This document shows positions 48,483 to 60,453 of a stretch of 64,000 nucleotides of DNA, piece by piece. A program made the translations under genes and the position numbers. Every line of letters starts with the position of its first letter. Positions within the stretch are counted from its first letter, which is position 1. The notes under the pieces were generated by a model. It was not told the DNA's origin, ran no database searches, and worked only from the letters and a program-made list of their open reading frames with translations. Origin of the DNA: Microthyrium microscopicum (taxonomy: Eukaryota); the NCBI GenBank assembly GCA_010405405.1, contig MU004232.1, positions 1,879,481 to 1,943,480 on the forward strand. Direction: 5' to 3'.

Positions 48483-51371
48483 ATGACATCGCAACCGCAT
48501 CCTCCAGGCGCTCGCCGAACGCCGAGTGTAGCTTCGTCGATTCGCACCCTTACACGTCGCTGGTCAGCGCTCTCGGGCGCGGAAGAAGGTAGAAATGCCT
48601 CCTTGGAAGTCACGGAGCAAGAAATCGTGGAAGAGATTGACGAGATCAAGAGATACGAGGTATGCGCCGAATTACAATCTAACCAACCCCGTGTGTTGCT
48701 AACTTTGGTTAGGATTTTACAACAATAGGTACACGACCTCGAGAGCACTGCGATAATGTATGACCTAATCGCGCGCATAGACTGGGTACAAGATGCAGCC
48801 CGAACACAACTACGGCGTAAAGCACGGAGACAGGAGCAAAGCGGCATATTACAACGATATGGAAGATATGGCTGGCGAAGACGGCTTTGGGACGCATATG
48901 ATGCGGGCCAAGCTTGGATAGTTGTCACGTTGGTTGGTATTGCCATTGGGCTGAATGCGGCGTTCCTCAGTATCGTAACAGAATGGCTCTCGGATATGAA
49001 ACTGGGATATTGTTCGACGGCATTCTATTTGAACGAAAGCTTCTGTTGCTGGGGAGCAGAAAGCGGTAGGTTGAACTGTTTGGAGTCTGAGAATTCTGCT
49101 GAATTAAGAAGGATGCCCCGAATGGAAAGAATGGAGCAGATTCTGGCCGTTCAACTATACACTCTATATCGCTTTCGCAATGCTCTTCGCCTTCACGGCA
49201 TCCAGGCTGGTCAAATCTTTCGCGCCGTACGCTGCTGGATCTGGTATTTCGGAAATCAAATGCATCATTGCTGGCTTTGTTATGAAGGGATTCCTCGGCT
49301 CGTGGACTTTGCTCATCAAATCAATCGGTCTTCCGCTAGCCATTGCTTCTGGACTTTCTGTTGGTAAGGAAGGCCCTAGTGTGCACTACGCTGTGTGCAC
49401 CGGGAACGTCATCTCTCGGCTTTTCGAGAAGTATCGTAAAGATGCAGCAAAGACTCGAGAAATCCTCAGTGCATCTGCAGCGGCTGGAGTCGCTGTTGCC
49501 TTTGGTAGTCCCATCGGCGGAGTAGTATTCTCTCTAGAGGTACGAGTAATCAAGAATATAAAGCGGATTTGACGCTGATATTAAGTAGGAAATGTCCAAC
49601 TACTTCCCACTGAAAACCATGTGGAGAAGCTACTTTTGTGCCTTGGTTGCTACAGCCGTGTTGGCGGTATGTCCACCCTCGCCGTATTTGACTTTTTACT
49701 CATAAGACAACAGGCAATGAATCCTTTCAGAACTGGCCAATTGGTCATGTTTCAAGTCAGATATGATCGTTCATGGCATTTTTTTGAAATAATATTTTAC
49801 ATCATCATCGGGATCTTTGGTGGACTCTATGGTGCCTTTGTAATCAAATGGCATCTTAGAGTCCAGACATTTCGGAAGAAGTATCTTTCAAAATATCCTA
49901 TCCTTGAAGCAACCATCTTAGCTGGAGCGACCGCAATTGTATGCTATCCGAACATGTTCCTTCGAATCGACATGACTGAAAGCATGGAAATTTTGTTTCT
50001 CGAATGCGAAGGCGGCCATGACTACGATCGATTATGCGAGTAAGTTCAATAATATGCCTAGATGACAGCCTTATTAAATATATCAGTGCCGACAATCGAT
50101 GGAAGATGATTGCCTCTTTGTCATTTGCGACAATTGTCAGGATCTTCTTTGTCATCTTGTCATATGGATGCAAAGTTCCTGCTGGTATCTTCGTTCCATC
50201 AATGGCCATTGGAGCAACCTTTGGGCGAATGGTTGGAATCTTCGTCCAAGCTATCCACGAATCATTCCCAAATTCGCAATTCTTTGCGGCTTGTGCCCCT
50301 GATGTGCCATGTATTACGCCTGGAACATATGCCTTTCTAGGAGCTGGCGCTGCTCTAAGTGGCATTATGCACATCACAGTGTCCGTTGTTGTCATCATGT
50401 TTGAGCTCACTGGAGCGCTGACTTATATTCTCCCAACCATGGTAAGGACTATTATCTCCCACAAGATTGTCGCTAACATCATTTAGATTGTTGTGGGCGT
50501 TACAAAAGCTATCAGTGATCGCATGAGCAAAGGTGGTATCGCAGATCGTATGATTGCTTTCAACGGGTTCCCCTTCCTAGACAACAAAGAAGATCATTCC
50601 TTCGGAGTGCCAGTATCAGCTGCGATGACCACAAAAGCTTCGTGCTTACCAGCCTCCGGCCTGGATTTGTCTGATGTACATCAACTACTTCACGACAACC
50701 GATTTCAAGGTTATCCGATCGTAGATGATCTTAGCTCTCGGACCCTGCTGGGATACATTGGTCGAACGGAACTCGTGTATGCTATCAATCGGATCCAGCG
50801 CGAAGCAAAAATCGCTAAGAACGCTAAATGCTACTTTACTCCAACAAATCCACGCAATAACACTGTTGGACCATCGCCTTCAACATCCGCACCGGCGGTG
50901 ACTTTTGATACCATGCCGGCCACTGCTGGCCAAATGACTATCGACTTTAGTCGCTTCATTGATGCTACTCCTCTCTCAGTCCATCCACGTCTGCCTCTGG
51001 AAACGGTCATGGAGCTTTTCAAGAAGATGGGCCCTCGAGTCATCTTGATCGAACATAGAGGCAAGCTTACCGGACTGGTAACAGTCAAAGACTGTCTCAA
51101 GTATCAATTCAAGGTCGAGGCGCAGGAACACCCAAAAGACGACGATGCGGCTTTTGAAGAAAGCCACGAGCGCATCTGGCAATTCATAAGTCGTGTAGGC
51201 GGTTGGTTCGGAAGTAAGCGAGCGAACTTGAGATGGGGCGCTTTGAGGCTTGGAGATACATACGCGGGACGGACAAGTCCTACAAGGACGGAGGATTCAA
51301 GTAGCCCTCGTGGAAGGGAGGAGACGAGGATACCGCCTCATGATGTTGAGGTTGAGCTGGAGAACAGGTAG
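48483..51371 (+). CDS. CLC chloride channel/transporter with C-terminal CBS domains, multi-intron
   Basis: [70 protein letters not shown] pair. Confidence 0.95.
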
Positions 51372-51638
51372 TAGTTCGTAGACTTGTAAGCACGGTATTT
51401 GCGACGAATTGTGCACATATTTATCCCCCTTATATCCTACTGTGAACACTAGCAGCAGCACATCGAATCAACATAAGTTTTCGGTGGGAAAATTGTCAAA
51501 AGATTGGGTACATAACAAAAGACCTGCAACAAACGGACATGAAGAAAGGCCTATAGGGGCAAGATCCTGACAATTCCAGCACAAGAAGACTTCTCTCAAA
51601 TCTACACTTCCTCCAGGGTACAAGATTAAAAGGGTCAT

Positions 51639-52643
51639 TCAAAGATACGATTCCTCTTCACTTCGCTTCTTGAAGACCATGAGAGCCTTCCGCTTCGGAG
51701 TCTCCATCTCAACCTTCCAGTCTTCCTCATTCCGAACTCGCTTCTTCGTCGGCGTTGCCGGGACCTTGATACCCTTTTGTGCTTTGATCCACTGGCGTCG
51801 ATTTGCTTCTAAGAACGCGGCCTTCTTCCAGAAAATCTCCAACAACGGAGGAATATGATCTGCATGGAAGTTGCTTGCCAATGCCTCCGGATGTGCACGT
51901 TGAAGTTCGGTAACCCGCTTCTTCAGTGACTTAGGGACTTCTTTCGCCTCTAAGTACTGGAAGAAGTCATCGAATATGTCCTGCATGGCGATTCGAACCT
52001 CCAAGCTCTCATGTGGCAGTCCTAGGCTGCGCATCACTCGGCGGTAGGTCGCCAAGTTATCGACTGTAGGCGGCGAGATTTTGAAGCCAGGAAGTGTCTT
52101 CTGCAAGCGGACGCGGCATTCAACTCGCTCTTTGAACCACTTCAAGACATTTCTCAAAGGGTAGAGATCGACCTGGTCGATCCAGGGGCCGAGGTAGAAG
52201 GCACCGTTTGACAGTGGCTGGTCCGGGCTGAAGGCCGGATCGACATGAGTGCGAAATAGATATTGAATCATGGCGAGGGGGTAGCCTGGTGTAACAACGA
52301 CAGGAGGGCAATCTTCGTCTTGGTCGAAGCATATATCGACCGGTCGAGAATTGAGCATTTGCTCTGCCTCAGCTTTGCCGTACAGAGGGAGATCATCGGG
52401 CGAGAGTTCAAACACCATGAAATCATCGTTCGTATTCTTCTTGGGAGGCTGATATACCTCGAAGTTGTGTAGGTTGTTGGCCAGTTCCGACATGGAAAAT
52501 TCGAATAAAGGGTCCTTAGGGCCTTCAGGATCCGTCAGCCCCTTCGTAGGCGACGACTGGCCCAGAGCGTTGTGACAAGGCTTTGAGATGTTCAAGTCTA
52601 TCGCGTCTCCTAGGCTCATGTTGATGTTCTCTTGGTCAACCAT
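51639..52643 (-). CDS. Hypothetical protein with basic C-terminus (possible NLS)
   Basis: Intronless ORF of over 330 codons with protein-like composition; no family recognised; start uncertain (52643 or 52832). Confidence 0.6.
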   Translation of the reverse strand: MVDQENINMSLGDAIDLNISKPCHNALGQSSPTKGLTDPEGPKDPLFEFSMSELANNLHNFEVYQPPKKNTNDDFMVFELSPDDLPLYGKAEAEQMLNSRPVDICFDQDEDCPPVVVTPGYPLAMIQYLFRTHVDPAFSPDQPLSNGAFYLGPWIDQVDLYPLRNVLKWFKERVECRVRLQKTLPGFKISPPTVDNLATYRRVMRSLGLPHESLEVRIAMQDIFDDFFQYLEAKEVPKSLKKRVTELQRAHPEALASNFHADHIPPLLEIFWKKAAFLEANRRQWIKAQKGIKVPATPTKKRVRNEEDWKVEMETPKRKALMVFKKRSEEESYL

Positions 52644-53583
52644 CTTCGTGCACAATCTTTGAAGGGACGGTTGATGGAATGTATCCGCGTAGTAGTAGGA
52701 AAGCTGGTGATTTTGTGTTTGGCGTGGAATCGATTGCCTTACGAGAAAAAGTGTAGGGACGCCGAAGAGTGGTGGTTTAGGTGGAGAGGAGGGAGTTGCT
52801 GGAGAAAGAGAGAAAGGCCGGCCTGGAGCCATGAGGAAGCAGCTTTTGTAGCAATGGCAACGCGATCATAGTCACTTACAGATTCGAGGATCCCGGAGCC
52901 TAGTCTAGAGGTGAACTTATGTATGGTGAAAGCTTTGTTGGTGACTGATTTTGGCTATCGGCACCTCGAATACTGGGTACCTGTTGCAACGATAGACGCC
53001 AAGATATCCCTAAGTTTCTTATGAGTTGGACAGAAAGTATATAAATGGAATGTTAGTGCCAGAGAAGGTCCTTTTGCTGCGATATAGTAGATATAGTCCA
53101 CGGACTACAGTGGCTGGTGGAACACTCTGAGCCGCAAACGACGCGTTCTACCTTCATATACTACAGCAAACTGAAATGCAAACAGTAACACGCCATCAAA
53201 GCCATCACCGGTGCCGTACTGTAGGAGCTTAAACATTAGCGAGGTGAATTCATTGTGACTGAGGAGTTCCAGGTTCCCGTTGGAGGAGCCTGGCTCTGTC
53301 CGAGGTGGATGTGTTGGTCTTTACTACTCGATTCTCGCCTCTAGAGCCAGAAGACGGCTTGCCGCTGAGCGTGCGCTAGACCAGCCGCCCAGTTCAATCA
53401 GGTTATGATGCTGTTCATTGTCGTGATATTTTTCCATGCGAAGCGATCATAAAAGCTGAACATCCACAAGAGATGAATGATTTAGGGGGTTCAACAGTTT
53501 TGATATCATGTGCTATATAATCTGCGTGAAAATGTCAGTGAAAGTCTAACAAGAACAATGTGAATATGTGTGGATGGTAATGT

Positions 53584-53838
53584 AAATCAGAAAAGCCGTG
53601 ATAACTCAAGTCCCCCACCGGCCGCCAGCCCTTGGACTCCGAAACGGCTTCCAAGAGCCTTTGGCACTAAGGCGACAATTACACAACTCAGAAGAACCGA
53701 AATTGCAACTCTACAACCTATCATCCCCGTTCATCGGTCATAGGCAAGCCCATGGGTACGACGAAAGAGTCCGGTGCGAGAGGGGCACCTGGTGGGTGCG
53801 GACATTCGTGGAATGGATAGACTGGGTTTCATCCGGAT
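53584..53838 (-). ncRNA. Long (~250 nt) atypical box C/D RNA in host intron 3
   Basis: C-like CGGATGA (53835-53829), D'-like ATGA plus short hairpin plus C'-like GGATGAT, D box CTGA (53590-53587), terminal TGTA/TACA stem, two GC-rich hairpins. Confidence 0.6.
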
Positions 53839-53980
53839 ACAAAGTAATAAGGGGATGTGCGAGAGCAAACTTACCATATAAAGGGTTGGCGTTGCAACAT
53901 AGGAGTACCTGAAAAGAACACAACAAATTAGCAAAAGTGTTTCAATGGCTAGGCTGAGAGGGGCTAGTGTTCTTGTGAAG

Positions 53981-54062
53981 TTATCAGAAAAGGTAAGCTG
54001 GTATGAAGTATCTTCAAGGAAGTTCAGTAGCAGAACTGTAAAGTAATACGCTCATCATGAAA
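53981..54062 (-). ncRNA. snR61: Box C/D snoRNA, snR61 homolog (guide for LSU rRNA Am1133, yeast numbering)
   Basis: ATGATGA...CAGTTCTGCT-A-CTGA(D')...TGAAGA(C')...CTGA; guide complementary to conserved LSU AGCAGAACUG; layout matches recalled yeast snR61. Confidence 0.82.
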
Positions 54063-54240
54063 CAAGAGGACGAAGAAGGGGATATATCTACCTTTGAAGC
54101 AACTGCTAGCGATTCGAAGGCTAAATTCCGATCAGTACCCGAAATTGAAATACATCGCCGGTTCTACAGGTCAATATGTCTATAGTCTGGTCAGCGATGT
54201 GCCGTATCATGAAGAAAATCAGCATCGGACAAAGAGACTT

Positions 54241-54316
54241 TGCTCAGATGGTAGTGCATGTTGGTCAGGAACATGGGTTAGATATCCATAACTCATAGTG
54301 TTAAGTTCATCAAGGA
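54241..54316 (-). ncRNA. snR55: Box C/D snoRNA, snR55 homolog (guide for SSU rRNA Um1269, yeast numbering)
   Basis: TTGATGA...CATGCACTACCA-T-CTGA; guide complementary to conserved SSU UGGUGGUGCAUG; lies next to snR61 as in the yeast snR57-55-61 cluster. Confidence 0.85.
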
Positions 54317-54893
54317 AAAATGGTTTGGAAGTAAAATGTCAAACTTACACGAAAAGCGCTCCATGAGCGTGGATCACACAAACTCTCAGTCTCCACAGTC
54401 AACAGCATTACAGCGTTCCGCCGGTCAATCTAACAGCGAGGCCAGGCATCTTGAATCGGCAAGCCCAATGCGAGCTATCGCGAGCTATCAGGAGCTGCGG
54501 GTTTGACTGGTGAGTTGCTGAAGAAGTTGAGCTTGTGATGGAGGTTGAAAATGAGGGTGGAGAGCTTGTAAAAAATTCCAAGCGGCAGATTTCAGTTGGA
54601 GCTTGGACTAGTAAATTTAGTAAGCAAGGTAAGCAGCCTTTGGCCAATAGGAAGCCAGGATCAACATGGGCTAATATGCCCAGCCTTGGCTGCATTTTAG
54701 CCGCATTTCGACCAATTACAGATATCTCATGCTCCCAAATTGCCGTCTGCTATGCCCAAATCTGCTTAAGAAGACGATTTCCCTTCTTCCACTACTCTCT
54801 ATCATCTTCTCGCCTTTCATTCCACTCTCATACCTTTCATTGTAATGTTTTGACAATTAATTTGTGCTTCGCGACGCGACAATAGACTTCAAG

Positions 54894-57236
54894 ATGGACC
54901 CTGCCAAGGTACAAATCGAGCACCCTAAGAGGCCTGATCACTCTCATTCAGAGAAGCACGAACCGCACCATCACACTCATGAATTCCTTTCTAAGATCAG
55001 AAAGATCATCCGATCAAATGGGAAGATTGCTCATGTTGCAGGAAGCCCTGCGGACGTAGAGCCATTAAAACGCAGAATCTCAACCATTCTTCCTAACGAA
55101 GATGAATGGGACATTGTAATCCATGGAAGTGAAGATCATGTAAGCATTTTTATTTCATATGTTTTGTTTTGAACCGGATATAAGAAGAACATGGAATGCT
55201 TTGTATGGTTGAACGATTATAACTCTACATCATGTGTGGATCTTCTGAGATATCCCAACAATACAGCCCCTGTGTTCTTACCTTGTAACACAAGAAGATC
55301 TGACTAGGGTGTAGTTGGAAGCTCTTCGTGATGCTCATAATCATCACGAAATCTTGCGAAACGGTCTGCGTGTCAAGCATGGCCACGACTTTGACGAGTT
55401 CGAGCGAATTATCAAAGAGCTCGATAAACTACAGCACGAACTTCATCAAATTAGTGAACACGCAGTCAAGCTAGATGCAAATTTCAGCAAATATGGATAT
55501 TCGGCAAATCTGAGTACGTCTATCAGATCAGATTGAGTTTGACGAGAGACTGACAGGTGCTAGGAAGTCTACCAGCCGAGAGCGGAACTAATTCATCCTC
55601 CGCTTCGACACTGGGAGCACACGATGATCATGAACACAGAGACTGGGAGAGCGAGCGAAACCAGGGAGATCATATGGTCTTTTTCCAAACCCCAGTCATA
55701 CGGCAGTATGTTTTCGAGCCGAATTCTAATATCAAAAAACTAAATAATTCTTTAGATATTTTCATAAAGGCTTTCTTTGGAGAGCCTCAGATGCCACCGA
55801 GATCGCAAGCTATGAGCTATTCGTCGACCTTCTCTATGTTGGGATCCTTGCGATTACTGGTGATTCTGCCTCTGAAAATCCAACAGGTGAATCTCTCCTC
55901 AGATTCGCTATAACTTTCACCATGGCGTGGAAGGTATGGGGAGACCTCTCTCAAGCCATCTCGTGGATATCTATGGACGACATAATCCGAAGACTTTCAG
56001 TCATGTTTTTCATGGTTCTACTTCTCGGAATGACTGTCAACATGGGCGGTTTCTATGAAGGGACTTATACTCCTCTAGTAGCGTTCTATATTGCTGCTCG
56101 ATGGTTCTGTGGATTCTACTTTCTCTGGATGGCCTACTTGATGCCAATAGTTCGCGAGTCCTTCATTGGATCTGCTATCATAAGCTTCTTTCCCGCCTTC
56201 TTCTGGATCGGCAGTATTCATGTCGAAGAGCCGAACCGCCAAGCATTGATCTGGGTCGCGCTATTTTTTGATATAATGGGACCCGCACTGCTTGTCGCTA
56301 TTGAACGAGCCCCCAACTGGCTAGGATCAGCAAAACCATGGGCGGAAAGAATCTTTCAGTTCATACCCGGAAACAACATCGAACATAAGATTGAACGGAC
56401 CAACGCTTTTGTCTCCTTGGTTTTTGGTTATAGTGTTGTTGCTTTGCTCTACCAAAGCGCCGTGCCTATTGGAATCAACGCCTACTTTGTTAAGGCTGTT
56501 CTCGGTCTTATACAGGCTTTTACATTCAACTGGCTCTATTTCGAAATCGATAATTTCAATATGCATTCGCATGCCATTCGCCGTCATTTTTTCTCTGGTA
56601 AGTGATATGTTTACCTTATATGTGAAGTATGTCACTAACGTAAATTTAGCCTTCCTATGGATTAGCGCTCATATGCCATTCACCATGGCCTTCTCCCTGG
56701 CAGGTGCTGCATTATCCAAGATCGTTCTAGCGCATGATACTGCTGATGCGGACCCTGAGAACCTGATGGACCCGTACAAGACTAAATCCGAGGCGGAAGT
56801 TGAGGTTGGGCTATATTGGTTCTATTGTGCTGGACTTGGCGTTGCTCTGATATCCACCGGTATGATTTCACTCTCGCATCGAACCAAGGTTATACCAGGC
56901 GCACGAATGACGAAGAATGCACGACTTTCATATCGACTCCTGGCCGGAGTTGCAATAATCCTCCTTCCACTGGCACACGAACGGATGAATTCGTTAGAGT
57001 TCGTTGCTGTTACCACGTGTATCGTGTTTTCGGTCTTGCTTCTGGAACTCGCTGGCACGACTTGTTCTGGCGCCGAGTTTTGGGGTTTCCGGGAGAAGAG
57101 GTTTTGTACATATAGCGCGAATTGCAAGATTAGTAAGAGAGAGCTGGCGGAGAAGGCAAAAACAGGAGAAGTACTGGATCTGGAGAAGCTGGCCATGAAA
57201 GGCAAGAAGGAGAACCAAGATGATCTCGTGCTCTAA
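54894..57236 (+). CDS. Low temperature requirement A (LtrA)-family multi-pass membrane protein; 4 introns
   Basis: RQYFHKGFLWR..SYELFVDLLYVG, EHKIERTNAFVSLVFGYSV, HAIRRH, many TM segments; His-rich N-terminus. Confidence 0.8.
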
Positions 57237-57479
57237 GTTGGTGAGCTAGGTACTTGATGAACTGAATTCTAGAGGTCAATACATTTCTTGGCGCATTGAT
57301 CTCGTGAAGGTTTTCCGTATAGTGTTGTCAACCACGTTAGCCCAGCCTCCACATCTATGCTAATGTTTTTATCCACATCAACTTCCTGAAGCGTCTCAAG
57401 CAGTTCTTTATCCATTTCCAAGTGTATGATCTTATACGTTAGCATGGATACAGGCCATGTAGGCAGAACATTAAACGCA

Positions 57480-58077
57480 TCAATAACGCATCCCATTCAT
57501 CTCCTGAAGTGTCCAATACTTCCTCATATTCTCCGCACCCAGCTGCTCTACTTCAGCATCCAAGTGCGCCCATAAAACGTCTCCAAACGAATCCATAATC
57601 TCTTTCAGCTCACTCGCCCGATACTCTCTCTCCCCTTCCCGACATTGATTCAGATAGTGCTCAAAGCGATCAAGGCCAGCGTGGATCCCCTTGTGCTGCT
57701 CCTTCATCAACTGGGTATCCTGGAATATTGGCATCTTGCGTCCTAGATCTGGAAAGATATACTCCTCTTCGATATTGTGGTGCATGGTTAATTGACGGCA
57801 GAAAGTCATGCAGTAGGCCAGGAACTGTTTGAGGGTCATATTTGAAGGGCGCTTTCCAGTCGAACAGGCGTTGTGCATTGCTGTCCAGGTTTGCCGGAAG
57901 TGATTATGCTAGGAATATATATTAGTATGTTGTATACGTGCAGGGCAGTAGAAGTCTTACATATGACTGCATCATCTCCGCCATTTGGTTATATTTGTGG
58001 AAGTCAGATGCGCTGAGCTTAGGAAGGTTCTCCGCTTCAGGGACTTCCTGTGGCTTGGGATTGCTTGCTTCAGCCAT
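57480..58077 (-). CDS. Hemerythrin HHE cation-binding domain protein; intron ~57909-57960; possible upstream start at 58209
   Basis: HNHFR, LTMHHNIEEEYIFP, EQHKGIH, HLDAEVEQLG, MRKYWT. Confidence 0.88.
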
Positions 58078-58522
58078 AGTGACACGGCTTTGCCAACTTG
58101 TTGTAGTGTTGAATTGGTATCTTAAACTTGCTGTATAAAAGCGCGGAAAGTGTCCGCGTAATGGTTTCAAGGCGGGGGCATAAATCTTGCTGTTGATCCG
58201 TATGGGCATATCACGTTGAGCTCGAGCACATACATCTGGCTGTACTCGTTCTTTATATCATCGCACGAACGCTTTCTGTCTAGATTGGTCATCGTCGTCG
58301 TCGCTGATGAATTTGTAACGGAAGAGGAACGCGTTGATCCGAGACGATAAGATCTCCAAAAGGGGCTAAAGTGGATTAGATAAGATGAAACCTCCCCACG
58401 TTTTGATCTGCCCCTCGATAATTTTTAAATTTTGTTGCCGAGCTTTGGATTTCCGGTGATCAACAGTCCTGAACTCGACGTAGGCATTTTGAACATCTGA
58501 GGTAAAAATAGTGATAGCTATC

Positions 58523-59553
58523 ATGGCCGCTGACTCAGACGCTACTGTCTCCGCATTGCGCTCTACGCTCGCCGACGAAACCGCCTCGCTCGCTCTTCGT
58601 TTTCGCGCACTCTTCTCTCTTAAACATCTTGCATCGCAAGCTCCGCCAACGCCGCAAACTGAGCCAGCGATCGACGCGATTGCAGCTGCTTTCACCACAC
58701 CTTCGGACTTACTCAAACATGAGCTGGCCTACTGTCTGGGACAGACGCGCAATGACTATGCGGTGCCGCATCTCAGAGCGCGACTGGAGGATCGAAATGA
58801 GTCTCCAATTTGCCGGCACGAGGCCGCGGAAGCTTTAGGCGCATTGGGCGCGTGTCTAGACTTGCTCAAAGAGAGGAGGGACGATATAAATGAGGTTGAT
58901 GTTGTAAAAGAGACGTGTGAAATTGCTGTAGATCGGATGGAGTGGGCTCAGCGAGAAGACCCAGAAAGCGTACGAAAGAGGTTTGTGGCACACCAAAGAG
59001 CTTGAAGGGCAAGTTGAAGCTAATTGCTGTATGTTGTAGTGATTTTGCATCTATTGATCCCGCGCCGCCTCTACCAAAGTCTGAAGTCGAGATTGAAAAG
59101 CTTCAGCAAACGTTGCTGGACACGAAAGTGCCACTGTTCCAACGGTATCGAGCCATGTTCTCTCTCCGAGATCTTGCATCTCCCCCAGATCTACCTACAG
59201 CCGTGCCAGCTGTCCATGCGCTGGCAAAAGGCTTCGCAGACCCTTCAGCGCTCTTCCGTCATGAGGTTGCGTTTGTCTTTGGCCAGTTGTCGCACCCTGC
59301 TTCAATACCGAGTCTTACTCGAACACTAGAGGATACCAAAGAGGCAGGAATGGTAAGGCACGAGGCTGCAGAAGCACTCGGAAGTATGGGCGATGAGGAT
59401 GGTGTTGAAGATACCTTACGACGTTTCCTCCACGATGACGAGGTGGTCGTGCGCGAGAGTGTGGTTGTAGCTTTGGATATGGCCGAGTATGAGAAGAGTG
59501 GTCAAACGGAGTATGCTTTCATACCCGACACGGATGTGTCTGTCAAAGCTTAA
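58523..59553 (+). CDS. LIA1: Deoxyhypusine hydroxylase; intron 58981-59039
   Basis: [71 protein letters not shown] (four HE motifs). Confidence 0.96.
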
Positions 59554-59631
59554 GGCCTCGAAAAATATAGAGGGAGGTAATCATGTAGGAAGCTATCCAA
59601 AAGCATAAGGAGGAGTCTGATTCGACGAGCA

Positions 59632-60045
59632 TCAGTTGTTCTGACTCCATCTACAACAGCATTAGTAACGGTTGGGTCTATAGACATTGTAAACATACTT
59701 GTTTCCGCATTCGCACACGTAAAAGATTGTAGATCCTTCATCTGCACTTCGTAATTGTTGCTCGTACCACCGGACTTCTTCACGGCCACATTTTTCGCAT
59801 CTTTGTCTGATAGTTGCGTGTGCAGGCGCTGTGTCTTCAGTAATTTGCTGGACATCAGACCTCTTCGCTCGCAGGGTGGAGGGATAGGCTGAAGGCTTGG
59901 ATTCGGTGGTGATAACTTTTGCAGATGTGTCTGGGCACATAGCTCCGCAGACGTCGCACTTCAACACGGCGTCGACTATACCCTTGGATTCCTCCAGTAG
60001 GTTTCCGCAATCGGTGCAGAAGACAAGAGACCCGATAGCAGCCAT
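59632..60045 (-). CDS. RPA12: RNA polymerase I subunit Rpa12; intron ~59651-59698
   Basis: FCTDCGNLL...CDVCG; CEKCG...QLRSADEGSTIFYVCECGNK/WSQNN*. Confidence 0.93.
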
Positions 60046-60453
60046 AGCGATTGCTGATGTACAAGCAGGATGTGTAATCAATGTATTGATGTTTTTGCGC
60101 AAGGAAAGTTTGACGAAATAGATCAAAGCGCACTACTCCTTATTAAGACTAGTTCATGGGCGAGGCCGCCTTCTCCCCAGCAATGCAGGAAAGCGCGATG
60201 GACCAATCACAAGGCAATCGCACCTCTCAACTCCGTTCCATCTCAGATTCAACACCATGAGACTGAGACTCCAGTCACCCCAATGTTCCCAACACTCTGA
60301 CTCTGATGTCTTACCTTAGTACAGATCATCACCTGCTCGACGTTCTTTAACATATGATCCGATTCGAGCTTGCTATGCTTGATCATCTCTTCATGCATCT
60401 CTTCTCATAATTCATACATCGCTTAGCGGAGAGAGCAGTTGCGTGTCGCCATC

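Larger units (their letters stand above)
53522..54348 (-). ncRNA. Non-coding snoRNA host transcript: introns 54180-54348, 53909-54091 and 53522-53874 separated by short exons with no ORF
   Basis: Each intron has a GT donor (GTAAGT, GTAGAT, GTAAGT), a branch site (GCTGAC, GCTAAT, ACTGAC) and YAG, and each holds a box C...box D unit. Confidence 0.82.

Noticed and set aside
53590..53840. U3 snoRNA or hammerhead ribozyme identity for the long structured RNA
   Set aside because: No U3 box A/A' or box B sequence and no hammerhead CUGANGA/GAAA core in the proper arrangement
54600..54635. Possible snR57 guide (minus strand GCTTACTA)
   Set aside because: Short match with no flanking C/D boxes or intron signals
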